From Gonapodya sp. JEL0774 (lineage: Eukaryota), in NCBI GenBank assembly GCA_027604505.1, contig JADIIX010000020.1, positions 1-64,000 of the forward strand: a stretch of 64,000 nucleotides of DNA, written 5' to 3'. Positions 23,240 to 36,821 of the stretch are shown in pieces (position 1 is the stretch's first letter; every line of letters begins with the position of its first letter). A program made the translations under genes and the position numbers. The notes beneath the pieces are model-generated. The model was not told the origin of the DNA. It was given only the letters and a program-made list of their open reading frames with translations, and ran no database searches.

Positions 23240-23918
23240 CATAAATAATAGTGGAAAGAAAAAGAACTTCTAAGCAGCCCAAAGCACTGATATATTTTGT
23301 TTCCTAAAGGTCCAAGAAAGATTTCGGTACCCGAGCGAGTGAGGGGTGGTGCCATGTGTTTGATAGGGCCAAATCAGTCTCACGATACGGGCTGACCACC
23401 GAGAAACACGATATCATACCTGCGGTTTCTTGCTCTGGTGACCCCAATGTGCCATAAGTGATGGCCTGAGCTTTGGCCATTCGAACTGCAAGTAGTTCAA
23501 GGACACCATTTTTGTCATGAATGGAACTAAGTCTCATTAACTCATCTAAGTAGCCAAAGCTTGAAAGTCTCCAGTTGGTGGGACATGGTTGGACGTTGTG
23601 CTGCGCCACTTAAGTTGCGAAAAAAAGACCATTGGACGGCATACTCGAGGACCTCGCAGAAGGAGGCCCCGCAGAATCCGTCGGTTTCTCGTCTAATTCG
23701 CTGTCGTGATTGGTGCTGTATTGATTCTCGGTGGATCGGAAGAAGCAAGCTTCGTCCGACTCGATCCGCCTATTCGGGAGGTAGGTCCTGGAAGCACCCA
23801 AAACCAGCGAGTTCTTCCGATGAATCAAACTGGTCGAGCGCATTCCCGATTCACGTGTCAATTGTTGTGCCGCCGTGACTTGAGCACTGCGCCCGCTAGG
23901 GGTCTTGGGCCTCACCAA
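23240..23918 (-). CDS. Hypothetical spliced protein; ends uncertain
   Basis: Open frames joined by plausible GT-AG introns (..SARSS/NELMRLSSIHDKNGVLELLAVRMAKAQAITYG); no family recognised. Confidence 0.3.
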
Positions 23919-24375
23919 ACCTCACATTCTGCAGGTGTCACAGGCCACCCACTACTTTCATCTTCCAATCCGGATCTGGCTAGAATTCGCTTTCTCTGAA
24001 TTCATTTCTGATTTTCTGGTCGCCTCGTTTCGCCGCCACCTGGATTCTGTCTGTGACATCCACGCATTGTCAGTTGTCAAGTAAATGCTGCGCTTTGGAT
24101 TTACGTCTGCTGATAATGCCAGCAACTCTCATTTGTGAACACTGATTGTGACTTACATGTTTCGTGTTGGATTTGGCCGTTTCTCCCATACTTCTTGGGA
24201 ACTCACTCAGCTCGCATTTGGGTTGTAATCTCAGTCGTGTTCTGCCAGCCGCTCACCTCTTTCCCCAATCATTGAGATTGGTGAGTCATGTTTTGTTTTA
24301 AAAGCTTGTAGCGTTCGTGTCTTCGTTTGTAACACTGTTTCATTCATTTGCAGACTCTTTCAACAGAAGCACGAG

Positions 24376-27264
24376 ATGTACTCCCCAAACTTAACGTCCG
24401 GGGCGATGCGGCCACAGCAACAAGGGCAGCAGCAGCAAGGCAACTCTCAATTTCCGCATGGTGGGGCCGAGTTTAGTATCATGGATGACTCTAATTCCAT
24501 CTCGTTTACGACTCCCTTCGATCTTGCTTCTCTCGGGTATTTATATTAGGAGTCCCCATGCAAATGCAGGGTTGGTCTGGCCAGTTTCAAGGCCAGCCAC
24601 CCACATCCCAAGCTAGTCTGCAAGCTTTGGGGCTAGGGCTCTCAGGGCACAATGGGCCCAGCAATACCATCCAACAGTTTCAGGGTGGCCAGCTTACTAG
24701 CACCAATGGAGGTCCACCCACGTCCCAACCTGGACAGAACCCGTCAGGTAGTGCGCACGGCAACCCCCAGATCGGCATGTCGATACCTTCCCCGACCAGT
24801 GTCACACTTTCATCAGGAATGTTCAACCTGGCGAACATGCAGGGAATGGGTCCAGGTGGAATGGGCATGCCTCAGCTAATGCAGGGAGGTGGACAGATGC
24901 CAGGCCTAGGCGGGCAATTTGGGGTTATGTCTGGACTGCAGGGTATGGGAGGACTTGGACAGCTTTCCAACATTGGCGGAATGGGACAGGTGCGTGTGCT
25001 AGAATTTTCATTCGCCCAACTTGAACTGAATCACTTTCATTTATCTTTGTCAGGACGATCTGTTTCGGATGGATGAGTCCGGTAATGTTCGTCCGGGTTC
25101 GTTCCAAGGTAAGGTATCCGCTGTCTACTGTAGTTCGATGTTGACTTCTTCACTCAACTTGCGAGACCTTGCTTTCTAGCGCGGCCTCAGATGTCTATGA
25201 GTGGTGGTCGCCCCATGGGTCAAGGTCAACCTGGCACACCAAACCCTTACCCCGGTCCACATCAAATGCAGCCTCGCGGACCGTACCAAAACGGCCCCGG
25301 TGGTCCAGGGCCAGGTCGACCGACAATGCAAGGGTATCCGGGTCCGGGTGGACCGCCACCGCAATATGGCCGACCCAATCATATGATAGATACTTTTCGG
25401 GGCCCACCTACCATGGGTCCTCCCATGGGCCGTCAAATGGGAATGCCTCCAGGAATGCCCGGGATGCCACCGGGGATGCCACCCAACATGATGGGGATGG
25501 GAATGCCCGGAATGATGCCTATGGGCCCTGGCGGTCCTGGAGGACCTGGCAAGAAGAAAAAGCGTCGGAAGGGAGATGACGATGAAGATTACATCGACGG
25601 GGTCACTGACATCACCGCGACGAAGAAACCTGCTCGCAAAGCGCAATACATGTACGGCGGGCGGCGCGACGAAACTGAGGAGGAAGATGAAGGAGATGGA
25701 CAGGATGAGGACGAAACGGAATCCGAAGATGGTGATCCAGAGGGCAGAAAACGGAAGAAGACTGCCTCATCAGGACCGCCTGAAGCACAGCCTCCTCCGG
25801 TTACAATAACAAGGACTGGCCGTAAGGTGGTTCGCCCTGCAGAAACTAGTCTTGCTATCGGAAATTTGGGTGAAGACTCTGAATACGTGAATGTGCGGGG
25901 TCGTGGACGAGGGAGTGGGTTGCGAGGAAGGGGCCGGGGGGGTCGCGGGGGGCGTGGTGGAACTCGTCGCGAAATCGGTGCCGCCGCAAAGGAGAATGGA
26001 CCCACACCAGCAATCTTCTGCCAGGTCTGCCATCGTGGTCATTCACCACTTCACAATCGGATTGTGCTCTGCGACTCGTGTGAGAACGGGTGGCATCAAA
26101 TGTGTGCCGAGCCGAAGGTACCGGACGGCGTGGTCGAAGACGACAACGCCCCATGGTTATGTACCTCTTGTGTGGATCGAAATGCGAAAATCTCGCGTGG
26201 CGAAGCGGTCGAGCCACTCATCAAGCGTCTGGACCGGGAGCAAGTGGAATCGAAGGATGGGGTCGATGTCACGGCTTGGTTACCGCAAGATCACCCGCCG
26301 AGAATTATGGTTCATGGTTTCTGCGTCACTTGTGGCACCGAGGTCACTGATGGCCCATTCGGTACCAAGGATTTAACACTACAGATTCGAAACATGGAGG
26401 GTGAACGATCTATCAGCCTCGAGCATCCATCAAACGTCGTCCGGAGTCGAAGCGACTCTAGTACTCCCGCAACTCCACAAACTCCACCGCGGGTGTCTGA
26501 CGAGGAACTCACCGAAGAAATTAGTTCCATCGCAGCTGTTCGGGATCTCAACCGTATGTGGGAAGCCGAAATGCAGAAGAAAGAGGACAGCATCAAGGCT
26601 CTACCTCCGATGGATCGACTGAAGGGTAGGCTTTGTCATCTATGTCGTGGTGACTTGGAGAGTGTGAGTTGTTGTTGATTGCTTTGTTCTGATTGGGTCG
26701 CATTCCTTCTGAAATACAAAATTTGCCGCGTACCCAATATGTATTCAGCGGGAAAAGCTTCTGCAGGTCCTTCCTCCGCAAGTTCTCGTCAATATGCTTC
26801 TCCAGGCGTGCGTTCGCTACTCCGAGGTGGATGATGGCATCTCGAAAGTGTATGGCGCTATTCAAGATCACCATCTTGAACTCCACCCAGGAGCCGCGCC
26901 ACTGGATCCATCTGCGGACTCGCAAGCGTTCTTATGGACAGCGAATGACACTGATCCAAGCAAACTCCAGTATGACATTTTCGAGGGAAACCTGCTCCGA
27001 CCGCCTTACCCAGGAATCACCGACGAGGATCTCGAATTGGCCATCGCGGAGCGCATAAGGGAGGAAAAACGGCAAGCAATGGTCTCTGCGCGAGGAAGAG
27101 GCAGAGGTGGTGGACGAGGTCGCCCCCGAGGAGGTCGAGGGAGGGGTAGGGGAAGAGGGTTTTCGAACGCACGAGAGATGTCCCCCGATGATGAGCACAG
27201 TGAAGACGCAAGAAGTCGCACCGAGAGTGCGGAGAGTGATGATGACAGGAAGGATGACGATTGA
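24376..27264 (+). CDS. PHD-finger protein with G/P/M/Q-rich low-complexity N-terminus and RGG tracts
   Basis: CQVCHRGHSPLHNRIVLCDSCENGWHQMC...WLCTSC (C4HC3); NLS-like KKKKRRK; GRGRG repeats. Confidence 0.85.
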
Positions 27265-27436
27265 CGCGTTGGTGAGATTGCCCCGTGCGCACTATGTACG
27301 TTTTAGGTTCAGAAAAGGAAGAATCGTTTCAATTTCTCCGTATCCCAATAAGAAAGTAGTGTAGTAGTAGCTTTGGGGCGATGCTTAGATTTTGATTGAG
27401 TCCCCACAAATACAATAGGACCTTCCAAACCCAAAA

Positions 27437-29149
27437 ATGAAGGTAACGCTCGAGTCCCAGGACAAGGGTGAGCAGTGCTGGCTATGAGAAGCTCTACACA
27501 GGCAGAGAATGGCATGGTCTGGCGGATGGGTTTTGTCTCGCGTTCACACTACGTGTTTGATCTTCTCCTGATTCCTCTCGCTCCCGATTTCCGCTTTTCG
27601 GCCGTCTCTCTTGAATTGATAACGTGCTATGTTCCTTTTGAATTCGATAGAGACATTTGAGGGTGGGTATTTTGGTCGCTACGAGGAAATGCTGTCGGCT
27701 GAACACTTCAAGATCCATCCTTCCCGATCCTGGATCCTGGCTCTGTCGCACAACGCAATATTTCCTTCGAATCTTTCATACCGCATTTGATAAACCCAAC
27801 TCGCTCGGTCGACCAACTCGCCCAACTGTGCAACTCGCGGTGTTTCGCGTTTGCGTCTCTGATGCGTTCTGACAGTTGACAAGGAGGTTGCCGATCGCTC
27901 AGTTCTCCTCAAGAATATGCTTGAGGATGTGGGTGAGTCGGACAAACCCATTCCGCTGCCCAACGTCACAGGAAGGGTCCTCAAAAAGGTATGTAGTTTG
28001 ATGTTCTGGATAGGGTCTTTGAAAGTTGCAGTCAGTTGCGTTTTACGACTCCGAAGTCGTAATTTATGGGCTTCATCATCTAGGCATAAGATATTCGTAG
28101 GAATTGATGGGGCACATTGGGGGGATGAAGGGAGCGAAAGTTGTTTAAGGCAGAACATTCTATGACCTGCTGCATTGCCACTCCTAATCGTTGTTATTAC
28201 TTTCGCTTACCATCAGGTGATCACTTACTGTGAGCATCACCGGAACGTGAGTAGTAGGTGCAAATTTTATCCAAGTTTGGTTACAAATAGTGCTGATTTC
28301 CGGTTTTGCTTGTCAACTCAATGAAAACTTCCATTGTGCGGCGGTCGCATTCCACGTTTCATCGAATCGGTTTCATTCGAACCGAAATTTTTACACGTAA
28401 TCAGGACCCGCTTCCACAGCCCGATGATGAACTCGACGACACGAAGCGTCGCTCTGACGATATTGAAGACTGGGATGCAGACTTCATCAAGGTGGGGGGA
28501 CGCCTGTGCTCAATTCTGTGGGGAAGAGGGGCGGCGGGGGGGAGGGCGGGGAGGGCGGGGTGGCACAAGGGAGCGTGGAACTGATGAATCTACTCTTTTC
28601 GTCCCTCTTCATCAGGTTGACAATGACCAACTATTCGAGCTCATCCTTGCGGCCAACTACATGGATATCGTGAGCTTCCGCGCGTTTTGCTTTTTGCTCG
28701 TTGGCTTTCTAAGTAGATACACTCCACCCTGTCTCTCTAGAAACCTCTACTTGACCTTGGCTGCAAGACCGTCGCCAACATGATCAAGGGAAAAACGCCG
28801 GAGCAGATTCGGGAGATGTTCAACATTGAGAACGACTTCACTCCTGAGGAGGAGGAGCAGATCAGGAGGGAGAACGAGTGAGTGTCTGGGTGCCTTACAC
28901 TATGACAAATATCTCTCGCCCCTGGAGCGAATGCAAATAATGGGGTGTCGCTTGCGATTTGGAAGAATGACCACCGGGGTTTGTTTCGCGATGTCAGGAA
29001 GGTATATATGCTCAGGTCCTGTTCAATCGGTCGCGGAAGATTTTTTGTTGCGTGACGAATATGAGATGCTACATCGCTGATTGCTGACTGAGTGTATGTG
29101 TCAACCGTGGTTTTCTTCCTTTTCTATTAGGTGGGCCTCGGAATCTTAA
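27437..29149 (+). CDS. SKP1: SCF ubiquitin ligase subunit Skp1
   Basis: [115 protein letters not shown]. Confidence 0.96.
28520..28563 (+). other. G-run tract (potential G-quadruplex) in a SKP1 intron
   Basis: GGGGAAGAGGGGCGGCGGGGGGGAGGGCGGGGAGGGCGGGG. Confidence 0.55.
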
Positions 29150-29361
29150 TTGCCAATGATAGCGAGTGAGGGGGACTCCGTAGTCACGTATATGCTTTTA
29201 CTTGTCGGCGTCGTAATGGTGAAACGCGATTTAAAGTCAAAGGCCTACAACTGCCCGTCAGAATGAATTTGTCACAGTTTACAGATGAGAAGATGCTACA
29301 GGGTGCAGAACATGCAAACAGATGATCACTACTCTCGGAGCTATTATCCACGACCCACATG

Positions 29362-31443
29362 TCACATGCCAACAACTTCTTTCCAACCAACCCATCCTTC
29401 CAGGCCTTCCGCCTCCACAAGCTCTTTGACCGAATTTATCCACTGCTCCAACTCAATTCTACGCCTTTCCAAGAAATCGGGCTCAAATCGTCCCTGAACT
29501 CGCTTAGGCGGCAGTTCGGGCACGAAGGAGGCTACATGTGGGCTCCCCAATGAGATGGTCGACGACGTGGAGGTGATCGAAATATTGGAATGTGACCGCT
29601 GCATAGTGCGTGTGGGTGCAAGAATGCTACTAGGCGATGCCGGAGTGGTGGGAGTATGTAGCATGCCAGATCCCACCCGAGTGGAAAGAACTTTGCCACC
29701 CAGTGTACTCGGCTTCGATGTTTCCGACAACACTCCAGTCGACCCATCAAATGAAAGGGAAAGTAGTGAGTGCCGTGCAAGCTTTTGAAGGTGTTTTACG
29801 AGGCGCTCTCGGAAAGCCACGAAGTCCGAATAACGCAGACGGCGGCGGACGTTGAGTGGGGAGGAGGTCTCATCATTGTGCACGGTGAGGAGATACGTCG
29901 CACGCTTCCAGACTCCAGTACCAGACACTTGAGTGTCCGAAAGACGTATGACGACCGAAGTTGGCTCCACCTCCAGCAATTTCCGGCGGGAGTCAGTCCA
30001 GTTATTCAGTTGTGGTGAAGAATACAGGGTCATGTTGCCCTCAGTTCCAAGAGCGTCCATATCCGGGAGCGAGACTGAATTTGTAATTGGCAGTACAGGC
30101 TCATGAAGTGGAAGCGATTCCAAAAAGGGCGTTGAGGCGCTTTGAAATCCGGAGTCTGATCCATCAATAGCATCTTCGTCAGAGATTTCTTTGGTGCCAT
30201 TTTTGCCAGGAATTGGGAACTCCATATTTGATAAGACCAACTGCGAATTACAGGCTTCGGGCGAGACCTCTGCGCGAAATGGGTCGGAAATGTGTGCCCC
30301 AAGAACTCCATTGTTCAACGCACCTTGGAATGGTTGGGGCCTCTCTTCCATAAAACGTGTTGCCTCATCTTCGCAAGAAGCATGGTCATTGGATTCTTCC
30401 TTGACGTCACAAAATTCGTTCTTGGTGCTCTCGTTATGGTGGTTATTTTCTCGCTCTGTGGTGTCGTTCAACAGTTTGGAACTCGTTCCAAGCAGCGCAT
30501 CCGTCAACCGTCTGAGGGTTAATAGGCTCTCCTTGAAATAAATGGGAATGGGAAGAATCTCCACGAGGGGGATCAAAAGGGCGGCCAGGAAAACTTGGTT
30601 GGGAAAAGAGGCATGTCAAGAGAGTGGACTGGACTTGATCTGCAGCACCACGCACTCAAAGTGAAACGCATCCCAACAGCGTCCTTGTAGAGCTAATTAG
30701 GCTGGGTTGAAGTTGAGAATGGGTAGCGGCAGGTTGGATGCATGGGGCGAGTTGCTCATTTATTTCGATATGAAGGCCGGCAGCCACAGAAAATTCCAAC
30801 AAATTTGGCTCTGGAGATAGATTCACCAGTTCTATTAGTATGTGTGACTGACAGGAGGAATTCCATTGCATACCATGCATAATCTTCAGCTGGCTGCGTG
30901 CGGAAAATCGTGTGGAAACGGCCAACACGGAAATCGCCAACGAACAACAATAAATAGCTATTTACATAACTCTCAGCCGTGAGTGAGTTGAGTTGGTGAG
31001 GTAAATACCAACTCTCTTCCAACATAACAGAAACCACGGCACAGCCGAACACCAACATTTTCGCAAGCATATCTCCGTCCGAACGGCGTCAGCATATTTC
31101 AAACATGCTTGATCCTTCGCCGTTCGCGGATATCACGCGGTCTGCGTCACTTGGTGGACAATCGGTTTCCTCAATATCGAACCTCGAATCAAATCTTACC
31201 ACCGAAGAGGCTGCAACTCTTGATGGCGTTGGGATTCAGTTTAAACTTCAAGTGCCAAGGGCCTTAAATGCACAGGATAGCATTGAGCACGCGGACTCCT
31301 TCACTGGTGAACAGGCAGTGGTCAGTAAAACGAGTGAGGACATTCAAATGATTCCATAAATACGGTCTATTGACCATCAATTACCACCAAACTCCACTCG
31401 CTTCATGGAATTTGCTTCTTATTTTTTGTGCTCCATGGTCCAT
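29362..31443 (-). CDS. PX (Phox homology) domain protein; 5' exons approximate
   Basis: C-terminal PX motifs RATYLLTV, RRLRYSDFVAFRERL and PELPPKRVQGRFEPDFLERRRIELEQWINSV. Confidence 0.75.
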
Positions 31444-31703
31444 AGTCCACTCTCGAATCATTCCTCCCAACCCCGAACCGCAAGGATGCATTGCTCCTCG
31501 GCCGTGCGCTGGAGAAGGCACGCGTCTTCCACCACTGCACCTGGGAAGCTCGATTAGAAGATTCAAACTCCAAACTTTACGTCCTCGAAGTTGGCCGGAG
31601 AGTTGCACGGCAAAAGTCCGACAGGTCCGACAGAGTGAGTGGGCAGCAATATGATGCAGGTCAATTGAAGGCTCATGGTGGCTTCGTTGAATATCCAACT
31701 CGT

Positions 31704-34700
31704 ATGAGGGATGATGGTTCTTTGGGCAATATTCGAGCAGGAGTGACTCAGTGTGTTTGATGATTGCTATTTATGGACAGAGACGGTATTTATGTTTCCC
31801 CCCTTTCCCACCCCTGAACGTCATATCCAAAGACTGCTACCTCAGCTGCGGGGTCTACCACATATCTCTCGCCACAAGTCACGGCCACTACGTCAACCCT
31901 CACAATCACCCCATCTGTCCCCCCTCGAAGGTCCTCCCGCTTAGACTCACCGAACATGTACCCCGGGCAACACCTGAATGGTGGACCACCTCCCCTGACC
32001 AGCACTGAGGACATTCTACTTACTAAGCGTCCGGGAACACTTGTTGGTGGGGCTCCCGTAGTGTCAACTGTTCGTGGGCAAGATCCTCCACAGCAGCTTG
32101 TAAGAGTTCCCAGTAGCGCGGGATCAGAATGGCTTGATGATGACGAGGATGAAGGATATTCCCCTGAAGACAAGGCAAAGTTGTGGGCGGCAGTGGTCTC
32201 GGTGAGCCTGGAGTGTGGACATTGGTGAACTTTATCTGGTGTCACACAAACGAACTCATGGTTTCTTCCTCGTAACCATAACTCCACTTTGCCAGCGCCT
32301 CCCAGCGCTAATCTCTAAACTTTCCTTACTCGAACGCGAGAGTACCGTTGTTTACGATCGGAAGGTATGATCACAGACGATCGCGTGTCAGCAACGGTGT
32401 TAAATGCGATTGTAATGCACAACAGGCCCGCATGTGGACCGAATGTGTCCCTCCGAGCGTTGTGGAGGGTCTGACACCCTCCGAGATAAAACGACAAGAA
32501 GCAATTTTTGAACTCATTGGACTACAAAGAGAATTTGCCGAAGATTTGGGTAACGTGAAAAAGGTTCGCTTGTTTTGAAGGTGGCGGCGCAATCTGTCGT
32601 TGTGTATTTGTGGAAACCAAATCCCTACCCCGACTTTACGAACCAAAGATTTTCATGGAACAACTACGCGAATCTCGAATTCTCATGATGGATCGTGTGG
32701 ATGAGTTCATACGAGAAGTCTTTGTGAACATGGAAGGGTCACTGTATGAGGCAAGTGGTTGGATTATTATGCATGTCGCATATAGATTCAAAGTCCATTT
32801 CCCGTTCAACCACGGTTCCACAGACCAATGCGGCAATAGCTGGAGCGCTTCTCCAACGACAATCTTCTAGTGCTGTTGTCTCACATTTTGGGGATATTTT
32901 GCTGACACCTACCGCTCGACGAGCGCTAGATGCGTTTTTGGAGTACGGCAAAGGTCAAGGTTACGCGAAGTACTGGCTGGATCAAGAGAGGATGTGGAAC
33001 AAAGCTCTGGTGTCCTTCATTGAGGTATCACGAAGGGAACGTACGGACTCAGACGCGATATTCTCTGATCGTCCATGGTCTTCATTTCTATATTCTGTGG
33101 AAAACAGAGTCGATCGCGCCTTCCAGAACTACGTCGTCTTCCTCTTGAGTCTTTTATGGCTCGTCCGTCAACGCACTTAGGCCGTTTCCCCCTTTTGATT
33201 GGCGCCATTCTCAAATACACTCCTGGGGACCATCGAGATGTGGGAGATCTCGAAAAATTCTCTAGTTTGGTGAGAGAGAAACTTGTGGAAATAAACAAGG
33301 AAGCAGGAAAGGCCGGAAATTGGGTGAAGCTCCGGGGACTGGTAGGAACACTCGAATGGAAAGCTGGTGATATAAAAGTGGGTTCCTTGGCTTAGAATCG
33401 GAAGCACATCACGCTATTGCTGTTAAAATTGTTCGTTTCTCGTCGTTCCCAGGACCTTCGCCTATTGAGCTCTCGGCGAGAGCTGGTGCGCTCCGGTACT
33501 CTCACCGAGCGAAGAAGCACAACAGGAAGGGAGGTCTCTCGTACGCTTTTCTTAATGGACCACCTACTTCTCGTTACAACCGAAAAGACGGATGGAGGTT
33601 GGAAAGTCTACCGAAAGGTTCGCTCAGCAGCGATTCTCAGGTATCACCATGATCTTACCATTCTGTCATCCCTGGAAACAGCCCTTTATGTTGGAATTCC
33701 TTTCGGTTAGCGCGCTGTCGGATCCGATTGCAGAGCGATACAGTGTGACATTCTCGTCAAACACGCGACCAGCAACACAGCTCACACTTTTTGGCTCCAA
33801 CGTAGCTGAGGTCGAATCATGGAAGGCTGCCATTGATCTCCAAAAGAGAAACCTTGCGGTCAATCGTCATGTGTTCCGTGGAGTTGTCCTGCCAGGCCTG
33901 GCCTGTCCATCCACAACAAATCTGACGTCGGCCGCTGTGATCAAAACTGGTGGTCGGGATCTTGTCGCGGTGGGTACTGATAGTGGGGTATATATAGGAG
34001 GATCACCCGCCCCTGTTAAGTGCATTGAGAAGGAGAAAGTGACATCTTTGGAGATGTTCCCGGATGAAGGTTTGGTTGCATTGGTTGCCGGTATGTTGGA
34101 TTCTCCAAGTTGATTTCACCAAAGACTAACGGAATCGGTTTGTAGGTGGTTCCCTCTGGGTGTATCCACTTTCTTGTGTTCTGAACCCCGACGTGGCAAA
34201 TGCTCGCAAAGTTGGAAAGCAAGTGTCATCGAGCTCAACGTTTATTCGAGCGGGAGTGTGCGACGGCAAGAATCTCTTGTGCTCCGTGCGTTCCGAAACG
34301 TATCAATCGGTTGTGAAGGTATTTGAGCCCTCACCGCAAAGTGACGGGGGAGGCCAAAAGAAGGGAATGATGAAAATGTTTGGAGGTGGTTCCAAAGACA
34401 TGCTCAAGACTGTTAAGGAAAGTGTTTTGTGTATATTGGACGTTTGTCAGATAGTCTCAACGAATGTTTCACCTCAACAGGACTTTTATGTTCCCGCAGA
34501 AGCTTTCAGCATGCATTTTTTGAAATCGAAGCTCTGTGTGGGTTGTCGCGCCGGTTTTGGTGAGTTCAGTTGGATTCTGCGGATCCGCTCAACTGATTTG
34601 TGCTGACTTTCGCATTTTTTTTCTCGTCACCGAGAACTCGTCGACCTATCTAGTTTGGAAACGCGAGGTAAGTGGCCCACACTCGCGCATGTTCAAGATG

Positions 34701-35322
34701 ACACACACTGTAGTGGCCTCACTTTCTGTGCCCCAGGTCTTTTGGATCCCAACGACGAATCCGTAGAGTTTGTTCGGAATAAAGAGTCGTTGCGGCCATT
34801 GGGACTTTTCCGACTTCCTTCGAGTGATGTCTTTTTGTGCTATGACAGTGAGACCTCAAGTTTATTGGCAACGCTCATTGTTTGAACGTCTCAATAACAA
34901 AAAGCCGCCTCTATTTAGATTTTGGATTTTTTGTGAACCGTCACGGCGCACGAACCCGGTCCGACGAACTTATTCGTTTCAGCGGTAATCCCACTGCGTA
35001 TAGTACGTGCTCACCTGCCAAAGCCGGAGGCATACCAGGCTGAACGCTAACCATGCATTTCCCCCCACCGTTCATACCAAAAGGTTACTCGGACCCCTAT
35101 CTCATTGCCTTTGATCCGTACTTCATCGAAATCTGGAATCTCTCCCCAGAAGAGCCCTCAGAGCTCCAACAAGTCATCTTTGTAACCGCATCGACCGCCC
35201 TCACGTGGGGCGAAGGGAGGGAGAGTCTCTATTCGGACGTGGTGGGGGACAGGAAGCTGGTGAAAAGGTTGGAGAGGATTCCTGGCATGGGAGGTAGTGG
35301 TGGTGCCACTGCAGCACGGTAG
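31704..35322 (+). CDS. Rom1/Rom2-like Rho GEF (DH-PH-CNH); start approximate
   Basis: EIKRQEAIFELI and LRRLPLESFMARPSTHLGRFPLLIGAILKYT (DH); LFLMDHLLLV (PH); VGTDSGVY, DFYVPAEAFSMHFLKSKLCVGC and PYLIAFDPYFIEIWN (CNH). Confidence 0.88.
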
Positions 35323-35607
35323 CACGCAGCAGGAGGCGGAAAGGAGGTCGGTCCTTGTTTTCCGAGGTCCGAGTGTGGAGGGTGAGGTGAATGCTGGTCA
35401 TTCTTGTGTTCGTGGTGGTCTCGGGAAGTGGCCTCTGGAGACAACAGAAAGCATACCGAATCTTATACTTGCACAGTACTGGGCCGATGTCGCTTTCTAC
35501 ATCGATTTTGCTAGTGTTCGTCATTTGCTTCCATTTATTAGGATTGGCTTTGTATTCAATACAAAACGTAATGTACTTGATGACATCACTATCTTCCTCC
35601 ATTCGCT

Positions 35608-36760
35608 TCACAACTTGCCCGTCTTCCCCGTTATGCCCAACCTCTTGGCCGCCTCCACAAACCCATCTTCTTTGTCGCTCTTGCCGTCTCCAATCTTGAC
35701 CACCAAGTCGAACCCGTACTCGTCCCGCTTGTTCCAGTCAAAATTGTCTTCGGGGAATCCGCGGTCCACGTAGATGGTGCGGAGACCGTGGGATTTGGCG
35801 GCGGTGAGGTCGTAGTGGTGGGCAGCAACCTAGGAAGCGTGACGGGGTATGGCATGAGTAAATTCGTTCACCAACCGGACGAACAAAGTGTTCAAGCCAA
35901 CTGTGCGTCCCGAGAGTCGTGTCGACATGACACGGGAGCACTACGCTCTCGCTGGTCTCCTCACCCACCATGGCCACCTCGTGAGGTTCCAGCATCAAGT
36001 ACTTGCATGCACCCAGGTACGTAGCAGGATTGGGCTTGTACGAGTTGAACATTTCCCCCGAGAAGACCTGGAGTGGAGCGAGGTGGGGGCACGGGCGGGA
36101 AGAGGCGGAGGCGCAGGATGAGTGGTGCGTGTTCTGCCGTCAGAGCCAGGCGCGACAGTGGAAGAGGGGCTCCGTTTTCCAATATGGCGCTCGCTGTCTC
36201 CATGCGAGCAGAGCAGCGTGGCTCTTCCGCAACCCCCCAACCACCATTCCCGGTTACCTCACCTCATCGAACGCCAAGTTCCCATACCTCACGAGATCGA
36301 TTAGCAGCCGCACGTTACCGTTGGAGAGGGTGCACGTGATGTATTTGGAGTGGAGGAGGTGCATGCCCTGGACGGCGTCGGGGTAGGCTAAGGGGAAAGA
36401 AGCGGGGGGGAGGGTGTGCAAAGTGATGAAACGGTGTCGGATTGGTACAAGGTGCGAAGCGGTTGGAAGGTGGGGATCAATGGAGATGAGTGGTCATGGC
36501 GTGTGTGGTGGTGGCACATGGCCTGTTGGAAAGAGGAGAAGGAGGAACACACGTACGGTCGAGCCTGTGCCAAACTTGGTTCAGGTCGTGGAGTTGCTCG
36601 GGGGTCCAGAATCCGACGCAGTTGTATTTGGGAAGGAGCTCGAGCAGGCGGTCCACTGAGAGGTTGGGTGGTTGGAGGAGGGGGGAAGGGGGCGGGGGTC
36701 TTTCCCGTGCTTTTGGATGCGCCGAGACGACGGGGAGTCTTGGGCCTACGTTGTTGACGT
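35608..36760 (-). pseudogene. Haloacid dehalogenase type II (HAD superfamily), 5'-truncated fragment
   Basis: VWHRLD, PDAVQGMHLLHSKYITCTLSNGNVRLLIDL, MFNSYKPNPATYLGACKYL, EVAMV, LRTIYVDR. The N-terminal FDxFGT motif-I exon(s) were not found. Confidence 0.7.
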
Positions 36761-36821
36761 GCATGTTCAACTTCTTCTTTCTTTTTGTGCGTCTCTCCCG
36801 ATCCGAACGGCGGTGAAATAG

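Noticed and set aside
35608..35620. C-terminal GKL of HAD as a peroxisomal signal
   Set aside because: Non-canonical PTS1, and the gene is truncated; insufficient support.
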